This document shows positions 17,249 to 27,187 of a stretch of DNA of 43,302 nt, piece after piece; the stretch's first letter is position 1; every line of letters begins with the position of its first letter. This stretch comes from an uncultured Clostridia bacterium. Its GTDB lineage: Bacteria > Bacillota > Clostridia > Christensenellales > UBA1242. Under the pieces are notes generated by a model, which had not been told where the DNA came from, did no database searches, and saw nothing but the letters and a program-made list of their open reading frames with translations. A program made the position numbers and the translations under genes. The DNA is taken from positions 1-43,302 of the forward strand of contig CALWAB010000057.1 in NCBI GenBank assembly GCA_944372745.1, read 5' to 3'.

Positions 17249-18568
17249 TTAACTCCTTTTAACTATTTCCCCTATTAAATCATACTCACTATATGCGAGT
17301 ATTTTAACTTCATAAAATGTCCCTTGTTCTACACCATCTATTGGCTCGCAATAAACTACGGTATCAACATTAGGAGAATTATATTGATTTCGCATAATAA
17401 GGACATCGTCTTCTATATTATCTAGAACACATAACAATGTTTGCCCTACATAATCTTGATTGTTTTTTTCAGCTATTCTTTTTTGTATTTTATATATTTT
17501 TTTGCGTCTAATCTTTTTTATTAATTTAGGAACTTGTTTTGGCATACTATAAGCTGGTGTGCCTTCTTCTCTTGAATATTCAAACACACCAACATTATCC
17601 ATTTTGTACTTTTTTATAAAATTTTTAAGCAAATTAAAGTCTTTTGATTTTTCATAAGGGAACCCAACGATAAACGATGAACGAATTGCAATTTTTACTT
17701 TTTGCGCTTTTATTTTATCTAACAAAGAACAAATTGAATTATATGTACTTCTCCTATTCATCTTCTTTAAAATAGTATCACTCACATGTTGTAAAGGTAA
17801 ATCAATGTATTTACAAATTTTTTCTTCATTTGCAATTAAATTAATTAACTTATCGTCTACTAATTCTGGATAACAATAATGTAGCCTAATCCATTTTATT
17901 TCTTCTATTTTTACTAATTCTTGCAATAAATCGCATATTTTATAATAACCATATAAATCAATACCATAACGCGTAACATCTTGTGCAACAATTATAAGTT
18001 CTTTTACACCATTTAATGCTAACGCATTACATTCATCAACTATATCTTCTATTTTTCGACTCCTATAACGCCCTCTTATCTTGGGAATAGTACAATATGT
18101 ACAAAAGTTGTCACAGCCATCTGCTATTTTAACATAAGCGTAATGACTAGGAGTAGACAACAATCTGGCTGGATTAACTATATCGCAAACATTATAGTTG
18201 TTATCGTTATACAAATCATAAATTAATTCTACAATTTTATCATAAACATTTATGTCAACAAGCAAATCTATTCCTGGAATAGAAGTTTTTATATCTGCTC
18301 CATTTCTAGCAACTAGACACCCACATACAATTAATTTTTCGCAATTAGCTTGTTTATAGGTTTCTGCTTCTAATATTCTTTGGATTGACTCCTTTTGTGC
18401 ATCCAATATAAACGCACATGTATTTAATATAATTATATTAGCTTCATTTAAATCCGTTGTAATGGTAAACCCCGCATTTTTCAATAGATATAAAATCTTT
18501 TCAGAATCTACAGTGTTTTTATCACAACCTAGACTAATAAGTGCTACTTTCTTTTCATTTGCATTCAT
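17249..18568 (-). CDS. rimO: Ribosomal protein S12 methylthiotransferase RimO (radical SAM MTTase)
   Basis: Contains ISLGCDKNTVDSEKIL, the radical-SAM CDNFCTYC motif and a C-terminal TRAM domain. The ~439 aa length fits RimO. Confidence 0.85.
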   Translation of the reverse strand: MNANEKKVALISLGCDKNTVDSEKILYLLKNAGFTITTDLNEANIIILNTCAFILDAQKESIQRILEAETYKQANCEKLIVCGCLVARNGADIKTSIPGIDLLVDINVYDKIVELIYDLYNDNNYNVCDIVNPARLLSTPSHYAYVKIADGCDNFCTYCTIPKIRGRYRSRKIEDIVDECNALALNGVKELIIVAQDVTRYGIDLYGYYKICDLLQELVKIEEIKWIRLHYCYPELVDDKLINLIANEEKICKYIDLPLQHVSDTILKKMNRRSTYNSICSLLDKIKAQKVKIAIRSSFIVGFPYEKSKDFNLLKNFIKKYKMDNVGVFEYSREEGTPAYSMPKQVPKLIKKIRRKKIYKIQKRIAEKNNQDYVGQTLLCVLDNIEDDVLIMRNQYNSPNVDTVVYCEPIDGVEQGTFYEVKILAYSEYDLIGEIVKRS

Positions 18569-18584
18569 TTTTATCTCCTATTTA

Positions 18585-21254
18585 TTAACCCTTATCTCCA
18601 TATAATCTCAAAAATTCTTCCATAGTTATGAAGATTTGACGCGGTTTTGAACCGTCAGGTTTTGATATATATTGTTTATCTTCCATTGTTTGAACTATTC
18701 TAGCAGCACGATTATATCCTATGCTAAATCGTCTTTGGATAGATGAGGTGGAACAAACTTGAGTTTCAATAGCATTTCTTAAAGCTGGAATAAAGTATTC
18801 GTCTTTAGTTGCGTCTGCCCCTTCACCAAAACTTGCTTCTGTGCTTCTCTCTACCATTATAGACTTTTCAATTTCTGGGTCGTAATCACAAGGATTATTT
18901 TCTTTTATGAATTTTACAATAGATGCCACTTCTTGCTGTGAAATAAATGGACCTAATAAACGAGTAGGCTCTTCTCCTCTTGGACAATACAACATATCTC
19001 CACGACCCAACAATTTCTCTGCGCCCCCTTGGTCAATAATTGTTTTGCTGTCGTTATAGTTAGTTAATGAAAATGCAATTCTTGAAGGCAAGTTCGCCTT
19101 TATTGTGCCAGTAATAATATCAACTGATGGTCTTTGCGTAGCCAAAATTAAATGTATACCACTTGAACGAGCTTTTTGTGATAACTTAAGGATTTTCTCT
19201 TCTATTTCTTTTCTTGTATTAAGCATCAAATCAGCCAACTCATCTACCATTATAACAATTTTATACATTTTGTCAATGGTACCATCTTTCACTTCTGGCA
19301 TATCATTAAATTCATCAATGCTTCTAACATAATGCTGACCAAATACCCTATTACGGCGTTCCATTTCTTCACATGCCCATGCTAAAGCACTAACTGCTTG
19401 AGCTGGCTCTGTTATAATTTTTGGCAAAAGCAAATGCGGTAAATTTTCATAAATATTAAACTCTACAAACTTAGGGTCAATCAAAATTATTCTAACATCT
19501 GCAGGTGATGCTTTATAAAGTAAAGATATTATTATAGAGTTCATACACACAGATTTACCACTACCTGTTGAACCTGCTACAAGTGTATGCACAAGTTTTC
19601 CAACATCTGATAGTACTGGTTTATTGGTTATATCTTTGCCTAATGCAAAAGTTAATGGAGAAGAAGCATCCCTAAACTCTTTTGTATCAATTATATCTCT
19701 TAAGCCTACTGTATCGACTTTATCATTTGGTACTTCTATACCAAAAGCATTCTTTCCAGGTATAGGGGCTTCTATTCTTATAGCCTTTCTACTCTCAAGT
19801 ACCATTGATATGTCATTAGAATACTGAAGCACCTTATTAACAGTTATGCCTTGTGGCATTTCAAATTCATATCTAGTAATTGCAGGGCCACGAGTTACAC
19901 CTACACATTTAACAGAAATTTTAAATTCTTCAAACTTCTCTTCTATTGTATGAGCTTTTTCTTCAAATTTCTCTTGAGATATTGTAGGGATACTACTTTG
20001 AGTAGTTAATAACTCAAGTGGTGGTCTAATATATTTAGTGCGTTTTTTAGGCTTTGGAGCTTCTTTTTTAATCTCTTTTATTGGATTAACATTAGGTATA
20101 ACATTATTTTCTTTTATAAATATATCTTTGGGCTTAGTTTCAGTATCAATCTTATCCTGTATTATCATATCATCATTTTTATTTAAACCCAATTTATCTA
20201 AAGCACTATTCCCTTCAATCTCAATGTTATTTTGCAAAAGGTTATTATTTTCATTTGCAAAATCTTGTTTCGCCACATCATTCGCATCCAATATAGGAGA
20301 AATATTTGAATTATTATTTGTTTTTTCATGCAAAATTGTCTGTGGTTTACCCATTACTTGAACATCATCACCATCATTTACAATTATTTTTTGAGGTTTA
20401 AGTGGTTTGACGTCCGTCATTCCTATAGCATCTTCTAAGGTCATTGTATCATTTCTATATATGTCTGGTTTATATATATCTGAATTTATAATACCATTAT
20501 ATATTGTAGGATCAGGTTTACTGATAATTTTCTTTTCTTCTCTTTTTATGTTAATTGGTTTAGGGGTTATAGGCGTTATCAAGTCAGTCAGTTTATCCTG
20601 TTCTTCTTTTTCAACTTTAGCATTTAAAGTTAAAGGCATAGAAATAAATGTAGGCATACCTTTATTCTTTTCCATTGTTGCATTAGGAACACGCATTGTT
20701 TGCGTTTTTATATTAGGAGTTTTAGGAGCTTTCACTTTTTCTGTTTTTGTAGACATAAAGTTTTCACTTGATTTAACATGCTTATAATGATATTGTTTAT
20801 CAATGCATATGCAGAAAAACACAATCATAAGAACAACAAAAACACAAATCACTGCTTCCAAAGGTAGTAATAGTCTTAATGGATAAAGTACAAAGGAAAA
20901 AATTGCACCGGCTGGTGTTATCGTCCCAAACGGATATTCCATACATTCCACAAATGACAAACTATAAGAAGAATTGGTCAATGACACATGTATGATAAAT
21001 ATCATTGAAAATGCTATAATGGTAAGAGATACAATAAAACTTTTTGAAAATTTATTTTTGTATCCTAATATTTTTGCCATACACCAAGCTATTATAAGTA
21101 TAAGTAATATATATGCACAAGCTCCATATAAACCAATTAAAATATGATTTACAAGGTCTAAAATTGAAAATGCCATACAAATCAGCAATAGCACGGAAAC
21201 AAATAATACAATTAAAGGCATTGTATTAGCTCGAGTTAAAATCTTTTTGTTCAT
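18585..21254 (-). CDS. ftsK: DNA translocase FtsK/SpoIIIE
   Basis: N-terminal TM helices and a long linker precede a motor domain with AGSTGSGKS and VDELADL. A C-terminal gamma wHTH (QRRFSIGYNRAARIV) is present. Confidence 0.95.
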   Translation of the reverse strand: MNKKILTRANTMPLIVLFVSVLLLICMAFSILDLVNHILIGLYGACAYILLILIIAWCMAKILGYKNKFSKSFIVSLTIIAFSMIFIIHVSLTNSSYSLSFVECMEYPFGTITPAGAIFSFVLYPLRLLLPLEAVICVFVVLMIVFFCICIDKQYHYKHVKSSENFMSTKTEKVKAPKTPNIKTQTMRVPNATMEKNKGMPTFISMPLTLNAKVEKEEQDKLTDLITPITPKPINIKREEKKIISKPDPTIYNGIINSDIYKPDIYRNDTMTLEDAIGMTDVKPLKPQKIIVNDGDDVQVMGKPQTILHEKTNNNSNISPILDANDVAKQDFANENNNLLQNNIEIEGNSALDKLGLNKNDDMIIQDKIDTETKPKDIFIKENNVIPNVNPIKEIKKEAPKPKKRTKYIRPPLELLTTQSSIPTISQEKFEEKAHTIEEKFEEFKISVKCVGVTRGPAITRYEFEMPQGITVNKVLQYSNDISMVLESRKAIRIEAPIPGKNAFGIEVPNDKVDTVGLRDIIDTKEFRDASSPLTFALGKDITNKPVLSDVGKLVHTLVAGSTGSGKSVCMNSIIISLLYKASPADVRIILIDPKFVEFNIYENLPHLLLPKIITEPAQAVSALAWACEEMERRNRVFGQHYVRSIDEFNDMPEVKDGTIDKMYKIVIMVDELADLMLNTRKEIEEKILKLSQKARSSGIHLILATQRPSVDIITGTIKANLPSRIAFSLTNYNDSKTIIDQGGAEKLLGRGDMLYCPRGEEPTRLLGPFISQQEVASIVKFIKENNPCDYDPEIEKSIMVERSTEASFGEGADATKDEYFIPALRNAIETQVCSTSSIQRRFSIGYNRAARIVQTMEDKQYISKPDGSKPRQIFITMEEFLRLYGDKG

Positions 21255-21290
21255 ACAAACTCCTAAGATGCAAATATGAAATATAAATTA

Positions 21291-21319
21291 ATTATATCAT
21301 AATTTAAATCTATATACAA
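21291..21319 (-). promoter_or_regulatory. ftsK promoter
   Basis: The minus strand has TTGTAT (21314-21319), a 17-nt spacer and TATAAT (21291-21296). Confidence 0.5.
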
Positions 21320-21349
21320 CAAAAAGATTAAAAATATTTAATAAAAAAT

Positions 21350-21374
21350 GACAAAATTTAATACAAACTTTGTC
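21350..21374 (-). terminator. Terminator after the deacetylase gene
   Basis: The minus strand reads GACAAAGTTT-GTATT-AAATTTTGTC (one G.U pair), followed by ATTTTTTAT. Confidence 0.55.
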
Positions 21375-21389
21375 AATTTATGTAAGAGT

Positions 21390-22088
21390 TTAATTTAAAT
21401 TTAAACAATTAGATACTGTTGTTATATTTAAATTTTTATTTTTACAATATTGAATTATACTTGGCAAAGCTTCTAAAGTGTTTTTTGTAGGATGCATTAA
21501 TATTAAATCACCATTTTTCAAGTTATTTGTTGTCCTTTTAATAATTAAATCCGTATTTTTATCACGCCAATCAATTGTGTCTTTTGACCACATAATAGTT
21601 TTGTAATTTAAAGCCGAAGCCACTTGTAGAGTAGTACTATTAAAATCCCCTGATGGTGGAGCAAACAATACCATCTCTGTCCCCGTTAGTCCTTTAATCA
21701 CTTCATGACACATATAAATTTCGTTATAATTTTGTTCATAACTAAGTTTTGAATGTTCTTTGTGATTAAATCCGTGATTTCCTAATTCATGTCCATCTTT
21801 TGTTATTAGTTCTAACAATTCTGGATACTTATTAGCCCACGAACCACCTATAAAAAATGTTGTTTTTATTTCATTATCTTTTAAAACTTCTAATATAGGT
21901 TCTATGTATTCGTTGCCCCAATAGACATTAATCATCAAGGATACATTAGGTTGATTTGCATCTCCACAATAATAAGGTTCTACATCATTTTGACTAAAAA
22001 CGCCTTTTATGTTATTATCATAAGTAATACAAAATAATGCTAGAAGCATACCAAATATACAAATATTGGAAAAAAATCTATATTTCAT
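21390..22088 (-). CDS. Polysaccharide deacetylase (NodB/CE4 family, YlxY/PdaB-like)
   Basis: Contains TFFIGGSWA...GHELGNHGFNH and lies downstream of pnp, as in Bacillus. I chose the ATG at 22088, 6 nt after GGAG. The track start at 22100 overlaps that SD. Confidence 0.85.
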   Translation of the reverse strand: MKYRFFSNICIFGMLLALFCITYDNNIKGVFSQNDVEPYYCGDANQPNVSLMINVYWGNEYIEPILEVLKDNEIKTTFFIGGSWANKYPELLELITKDGHELGNHGFNHKEHSKLSYEQNYNEIYMCHEVIKGLTGTEMVLFAPPSGDFNSTTLQVASALNYKTIMWSKDTIDWRDKNTDLIIKRTTNNLKNGDLILMHPTKNTLEALPSIIQYCKNKNLNITTVSNCLNLN

Positions 22089-22163
22089 AAAAAACTCCAT
22101 TTATTTATGTATATGCTTAAAAAATCAATTTTTTCATATTAATAAATAAATGGAATTTTTAAA

Positions 22164-24254
22164 TTATATTTTATCAATGAGTTTTAAATCAATTCTACCT
22201 CTATTATCAACTTTTATAACTTCTACTTTTACTTTATCCCCTACTTTCACCACATCTTCAGTTTTATCAATGTGTTTATCAGATAATTTTGAAATATGTA
22301 TTAATCCTTCTTTAATTGGAGACAACGATACAAACGCACCAAAATCACTAGTTCTAACTACAACCCCATTTAAAATATTGCCTACTTCAACTTCCATAAC
22401 AATACTTTCAATTATACTTTTAGCGCGTTGTAAATTATTTGTATCCATACCACAGATAGTAACAAACCCATCGTCTTCAATATCTATTTTGACATTTGTT
22501 TCATCAATTATCTTATTGATATTTTTACCGCCAGAACCAATGACATCTTTTATCTTATCTGGGTCTATATTAAACGAAATAATTTTAGGAGCATAAGGTG
22601 ATAATTCTTCGCGCGGAGCATTAATAGTTTCCAGCATTTTTTTCATTATGAATAGTCTTCCTATTCTAGCTTTTTCAAGAGCTAATTTTAAAATGTTATC
22701 ATCAATGCCTTTGATTTTAATATCCATTTGGATTGCAGTAATACCTTTCTCAGTCCCCGCCACTTTAAAGTCCATATCGCCGTAAAAATCTTCTTCACCT
22801 TGTATATCAGTTAGGACATATGCCTGTTCACCATTTTTAATTAATCCCATTGCTATGCCAGCTACAGGTGAACTAATTGGCACACCCGCATCCATTAAAG
22901 CTAAAGTAGAACCACATACACTAGCCTGTGATGTAGAGCCATTAGAACTTAATACTTCTGAAACCGTCCTTATTGCATAAGGAAATTCTTCTTCACAAGG
23001 CAATACTGGTTCTAAAGCCCTTTCAGCCAATGCGCCGTGACCTATTTCTCGACGACCAGGACTTTTTAACATTTTTGCTTCACCCGTACTATAAGGTGGC
23101 ATATTGTAATGATGCATATATCTTTTGACTTCTTCCTCTTCTTCTAGTCCATCAATTCTTTGCATCTCACTCAACATACCTAAAGTGCAAGTTGTAAGTA
23201 CTTGTGTTTGCCCCCTAGTAAATACACCTGAACCATGTACTCGTGGCAAAATACCGACTTGACACCAAATTGGACGAATCTCATCTAGTTGTCGTCCATC
23301 TAAACGAATGCCTTTTGTAATTATATTGTTTCGCACTTTAGCCTTAGTCATTAAATTTATCGTATTATCTATAATCTTTTCAAGGTTTTCAATTTCAATA
23401 TACTTCTTTTCAAATGCTTTCAAAGTATCTTCTTTCAATGACTTGTCCCTAATTTGTCTTTCAAATCTACCAAAAGTACTTAAAACATAATCAAGTTTGT
23501 CATTAGCATATTCTTTTATTTCTTTTTCTATTTGTTCAATTATAGGTTCTTCAACTATTGGTTGTTTTTTTTCTTTTTTATAAAATTTTATAATTTTATT
23601 TTGAAATTCTACTTGCTTTTTTATTTCACCATGAGCAAAAGTAATAGCATTAAGCATTGTTTCTTCATCCACAAAATGTGCACCTGCTTCAACCATCAAA
23701 ATAGCATCATGTGTTCCGCTTACCGTCAAATTTAATTTGCTCTTTGCCCTTTGTTCATCATTTGGATTAATTATAAATTGTCCATCAATCAAGGCTATAT
23801 TGACTGCACCAGTAGGTCCTTCAAATGGAGCTGAAGATATTGATAAAGCAATACTTGAACCTAGCATTGCGAGTACTTCTGGTGCTACATCTGGATCTAT
23901 TGATAAAGGTGTAGCAACTATTGAAATATCATTATAAAACTTTTTAGGGAAAAGTGGCCTCAAAGGTCTATCAATTAATCTTGCCACTAAAATAGCTTGG
24001 TCTGTTGGACGCCCTTCTCTTCGTTTATATCCTCCGGGAATTTTACCTACGGCATATAGTTTCTCTTCATAATCAACACTTAGCGGTAAAAAGTCAACTC
24101 CATCTCTAGGCTTGTCAGCGACTGTTGCATTGACCAATACAACTGTATCTTGACATCTAATTAAGCAAGAACCATCTGCCTGCATTGCATATTTACCAAT
24201 TTCAACCGTTACTTTTTTCTCACCATAAGTTGTCTCAAAAATTCTATTTTCCAT
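22164..24254 (-). CDS. pnp: Polyribonucleotide nucleotidyltransferase (PNPase)
   Basis: Two RNase PH domains are followed by KH and S1 domains. The real start is MENRIFETTYGEKK at 24254, after an AGGAG SD. The track's 28-aa extension runs through a non-coding repeat. Confidence 0.96.
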   Translation of the reverse strand: MENRIFETTYGEKKVTVEIGKYAMQADGSCLIRCQDTVVLVNATVADKPRDGVDFLPLSVDYEEKLYAVGKIPGGYKRREGRPTDQAILVARLIDRPLRPLFPKKFYNDISIVATPLSIDPDVAPEVLAMLGSSIALSISSAPFEGPTGAVNIALIDGQFIINPNDEQRAKSKLNLTVSGTHDAILMVEAGAHFVDEETMLNAITFAHGEIKKQVEFQNKIIKFYKKEKKQPIVEEPIIEQIEKEIKEYANDKLDYVLSTFGRFERQIRDKSLKEDTLKAFEKKYIEIENLEKIIDNTINLMTKAKVRNNIITKGIRLDGRQLDEIRPIWCQVGILPRVHGSGVFTRGQTQVLTTCTLGMLSEMQRIDGLEEEEEVKRYMHHYNMPPYSTGEAKMLKSPGRREIGHGALAERALEPVLPCEEEFPYAIRTVSEVLSSNGSTSQASVCGSTLALMDAGVPISSPVAGIAMGLIKNGEQAYVLTDIQGEEDFYGDMDFKVAGTEKGITAIQMDIKIKGIDDNILKLALEKARIGRLFIMKKMLETINAPREELSPYAPKIISFNIDPDKIKDVIGSGGKNINKIIDETNVKIDIEDDGFVTICGMDTNNLQRAKSIIESIVMEVEVGNILNGVVVRTSDFGAFVSLSPIKEGLIHISKLSDKHIDKTEDVVKVGDKVKVEVIKVDNRGRIDLKLIDKI

Positions 24255-24272
24255 ATTTACTCCTAAGTTTAT

Positions 24273-24323
24273 AATACACAATATATGGTGTATTCTATGC
24301 ATAAAATACGCCGTATAAAGTAT
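24273..24323 (+). repeat. Three-arm module, copy B
   Basis: Reads AATACAC-AATATATG-GTGTATT, then CTATGCATAA (10 nt), then AATACGCC. The 16-mer is at 24276-24291. It lies between the rpsO terminator and the pnp SD. Confidence 0.8.
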
Positions 24324-24365
24324 TTTTATTTTTTGCAAAAAAATGATAAATAATTACATTAAAGA

Positions 24366-24392
24366 AAAAGCCCAAAGACTTTTGGGCTTTTT
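24366..24392 (-). terminator. rpsO terminator
   Basis: AAAAAGCCCAAA-GACT-TTTGGGCTTTTT, with a T-run on the minus strand. Confidence 0.85.
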
Positions 24393-24399
24393 TGAACAT

Positions 24400-24651
24400 T
24401 TATCTAATTCCAAGTTCTGCTGCAATACTTCTGTATTGTTCAATATCGGTTTTCTTAAGATAATTCAATAAGCCTTTTCTCTGCCCTACTAATTTAAGCA
24501 AGCCACGGCGTGTATGATTATCTTTAGGATGTTGCTTTAAATGTTCATTCAAATGATTAATTCTTTCTGTTAACAAAGCAATCTGTACAGATGTTGAACC
24601 CGTATCTTTTTCATCTTTACCGAACTTAGCGATAATCTCTTTCTTATCCAT
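24400..24651 (-). CDS. rpsO: 30S ribosomal protein S15
   Basis: Contains [50 protein letters not shown]. rpsO-pnp is the conserved order. Confidence 0.97.
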   Translation of the reverse strand: MDKKEIIAKFGKDEKDTGSTSVQIALLTERINHLNEHLKQHPKDNHTRRGLLKLVGQRKGLLNYLKKTDIEQYRSIAAELGIR

Positions 24652-24729
24652 AATTCTCCTCCATTATAAATACGCCTTAAGCGAGGTAATGCGTTGGAGA
24701 TTCGACAAAACTTCGCAAAAGGTATTTAA

Positions 24730-24758
24730 ATAATATCATATAGATTAACTATTGTCAA
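24730..24758 (-). promoter_or_regulatory. rpsO promoter
   Basis: The minus strand has TTGACA (24753-24758), a 17-nt spacer and TATTAT (24730-24735). It leaves a ~70-nt leader. Confidence 0.6.
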
Positions 24759-24763
24759 GCATT

Positions 24764-26395
24764 TTATAAGTAATTATCTGGCAAATCATTATAGAATAAA
24801 ATAGTACAATCCTTTAATTTCATTTTCTTAATTAATTCATTGATAGCACTAAGAGTTTCAATTTGATATATTTTAGATTCATCAAATTTTTTATTTAGCA
24901 AACCCTTCTTTATATCTAAAGAGTGAGTTACATTTACTATTATGACTTTATCTGCTACTTCTGCTATTCTTTCTCCAAAATCTATATTAGCTTGCTTTTC
25001 TTTAGTACCTAATTCTACCAATCCAGGGGTAACTACAATTTTCTCCCCTTCAAACATTTTTAAAATCTCAAGAGCCTTTTTGCTCCCTTCAATACTGCCA
25101 TTATATGAATCATCTAATATAGTAACGCCGTCACTTGCATTTATTAACTGTAGTCTATGTTCAATAGGCTGAAGTTTAGATATACCATTAGATATTTCTT
25201 GTAGCGTCAAACCCAATTTAAAAGCTAAACCTGATGAAGTCAATATATCTTCAATATTATGTTCTCCCAATAATTTAGTAAAACATTCCACACTTTCATT
25301 TTTAATATGAAGAGTAAAATGTGTACCCTCTTTACTTGTTTTTATATTATCAGCATAAACATCATATTGCTTGTTAAAGCCAGTTATCATTTTAGGTATT
25401 ATAGTTTTATTATATAATTCGCAACAAATTTTATTTTCGCCATTAAAAATAATTGTCCCATTTTCTTCCAAGCCATCTACTAATTCATACTTTGTATTTT
25501 TTATATTTTCAAGTGTTTTGAATGTTTGAAGATGTTGCTCCCCTACACTTGTTATAATACCATATTGGGGAGATACTAGATCACATAGCTCTTTTATATC
25601 TCCGACAAAACGTGCCCCCATTTCAGCAATTAAAATTTGATGTGAAAAGTCTAAATATTGAATAATGGATTTTGTAATACCCATTGGAGTATTATAACTA
25701 AATGGACTAGCACATACTGAATATTTTTCCGATAAAATTGTTTTTAGAAAAAATTTTGTACTTGTTTTCCCAAAACTTCCAGTGATGCCAATTTTTATCA
25801 AATCAGGATTATTTTTTAATTTTTTCTTCGCTAGAACTATGTAACGATGTGCTATCAGTTTTTCAACTGGAGTCATTATTAAGTTGACTAAAGGAACTAT
25901 CAAAGGTAGCATTATTGGAGTTAAAGCGACAGCAGCATATCGTATTGGGTCTAATACAACTGTAAATAACCAAATCAACAAAAAAGTTATTATAGCACAA
26001 ATTACAAAGAAAAGATATTTTAATCGGCTCATTCTATTGGTTATCTTTAAAGGAGTTTTTTTAGGTGCATTATAAAGGTTATAAATAAATACAAAAGTCA
26101 AATAAAAATAAAATATAAGACCTAAATATGCCCAAAATTCATTGATATTTTGCGTGTCAAGTATTACATTTGTAACTATCATTAAAGCCAAACTCAATAT
26201 AGATAACATAAATAATCTTGAAATATATCGGCCTTTTGTATCTTTAATCCATACAAAATATTCTTTTGTTCTATAATTTGATAATTGTAAAATTTGAAAA
26301 AATTTATATGCAACAAACCACATTAATATTGCATTGACAACCGATAAACCTATTGCAATATACATATGTATATTTGTTAAACTAAAAAATGTCAT
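24764..26395 (-). CDS. Mur ligase family protein (MurF-like central and C-terminal domains) with an N-terminal 5-TM domain
   Basis: Has the GITGSFGKTSTK P-loop and DDSYNGSIEGSKKAL (compare the MurF DDxYNANP motif). The first ~180 aa are five hydrophobic helices instead of the usual MurF N-domain. Its start overlaps the upstream stop as ATGA. Confidence 0.75.
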   Translation of the reverse strand: MTFFSLTNIHMYIAIGLSVVNAILMWFVAYKFFQILQLSNYRTKEYFVWIKDTKGRYISRLFMLSILSLALMIVTNVILDTQNINEFWAYLGLIFYFYLTFVFIYNLYNAPKKTPLKITNRMSRLKYLFFVICAIITFLLIWLFTVVLDPIRYAAVALTPIMLPLIVPLVNLIMTPVEKLIAHRYIVLAKKKLKNNPDLIKIGITGSFGKTSTKFFLKTILSEKYSVCASPFSYNTPMGITKSIIQYLDFSHQILIAEMGARFVGDIKELCDLVSPQYGIITSVGEQHLQTFKTLENIKNTKYELVDGLEENGTIIFNGENKICCELYNKTIIPKMITGFNKQYDVYADNIKTSKEGTHFTLHIKNESVECFTKLLGEHNIEDILTSSGLAFKLGLTLQEISNGISKLQPIEHRLQLINASDGVTILDDSYNGSIEGSKKALEILKMFEGEKIVVTPGLVELGTKEKQANIDFGERIAEVADKVIIVNVTHSLDIKKGLLNKKFDESKIYQIETLSAINELIKKMKLKDCTILFYNDLPDNYL

Positions 26396-27132
26396 TTTAA
26401 AAAATCCTTTATTATTTTTATAACCTCTTTGCTTTCTTCAAGATAAACAAAGTGGGTTCCTTCTTTAATAATTTTTAAAGTGCTATTGCTAATATTTTTA
26501 TTTAGAATTCTTGCCATATATAACGGAGTATCCTTATCTTTTTGACCCCATATTATCAAAGTTTTTGCTTTAATAAAATTTAAATATTTAGTTAAATCTT
26601 CATTTATAATTTTATTAAATACAATTTGTTCATCTCTTGATAATTTTTGATAATCACTTGACGCAAACTTTTTTAGAGCCGAACTATTTTTTAATTGATG
26701 TCTTACTAATGATTTTGTTATTTTATAACTAAATTTTTTTAAGCATTTTTTAATACTAGAACGAGATTTTATTCCTGCACTATTTATCAGTATAAGGTTA
26801 TCAATATATTCTGGATTTTCGGCACTAATTATTATGGAAACTCGCCCACCAAATGAATGCCCTACCAAAGTTAAGTGATTAAGATTTAAAACTTTAATTA
26901 ATTCAAAAACCGCTTTCGAATAAGAATATATATCATAATAACATTTTGGCTTATCACTTTGCCCAAAGCCCCAAAAATCTAAAGTCAGTATGTTAAAATT
27001 TTCAAAAGCTTTTAATATAGCGTATAAACTAAGATGATTACCACCCCATCCATGCAATAATACTACAGTCTTCTCTTTATGTCTATCGAAAAATTCATAA
27101 TACAATTTATTGTCATCAAAATTAAAAATCAC
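26392..27132 (-). CDS. Alpha/beta-fold hydrolase
   Basis: Contains HGWGG and the nucleophile elbow GHSFGG. The ~246 aa size fits the fold. Confidence 0.8.
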   Translation of the reverse strand: MIFNFDDNKLYYEFFDRHKEKTVVLLHGWGGNHLSLYAILKAFENFNILTLDFWGFGQSDKPKCYYDIYSYSKAVFELIKVLNLNHLTLVGHSFGGRVSIIISAENPEYIDNLILINSAGIKSRSSIKKCLKKFSYKITKSLVRHQLKNSSALKKFASSDYQKLSRDEQIVFNKIINEDLTKYLNFIKAKTLIIWGQKDKDTPLYMARILNKNISNSTLKIIKEGTHFVYLEESKEVIKIIKDFLK

Positions 27133-27187
27133 TACCCACCCCTTAATACTTTATTTTTATCTGTAGTAATTTTAATTTAAAATCCCA

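Noticed and set aside
24255-24338. The 28-aa N-terminal extension of the pnp ORF, and similarly 5587-5748 for the PadR gene and 34611-34661 for the ABC ATPase.
   Set aside because: The extensions run through promoter, repeat or terminator sequence and lack an SD. Internal ATGs with good SDs give canonical N-termini.
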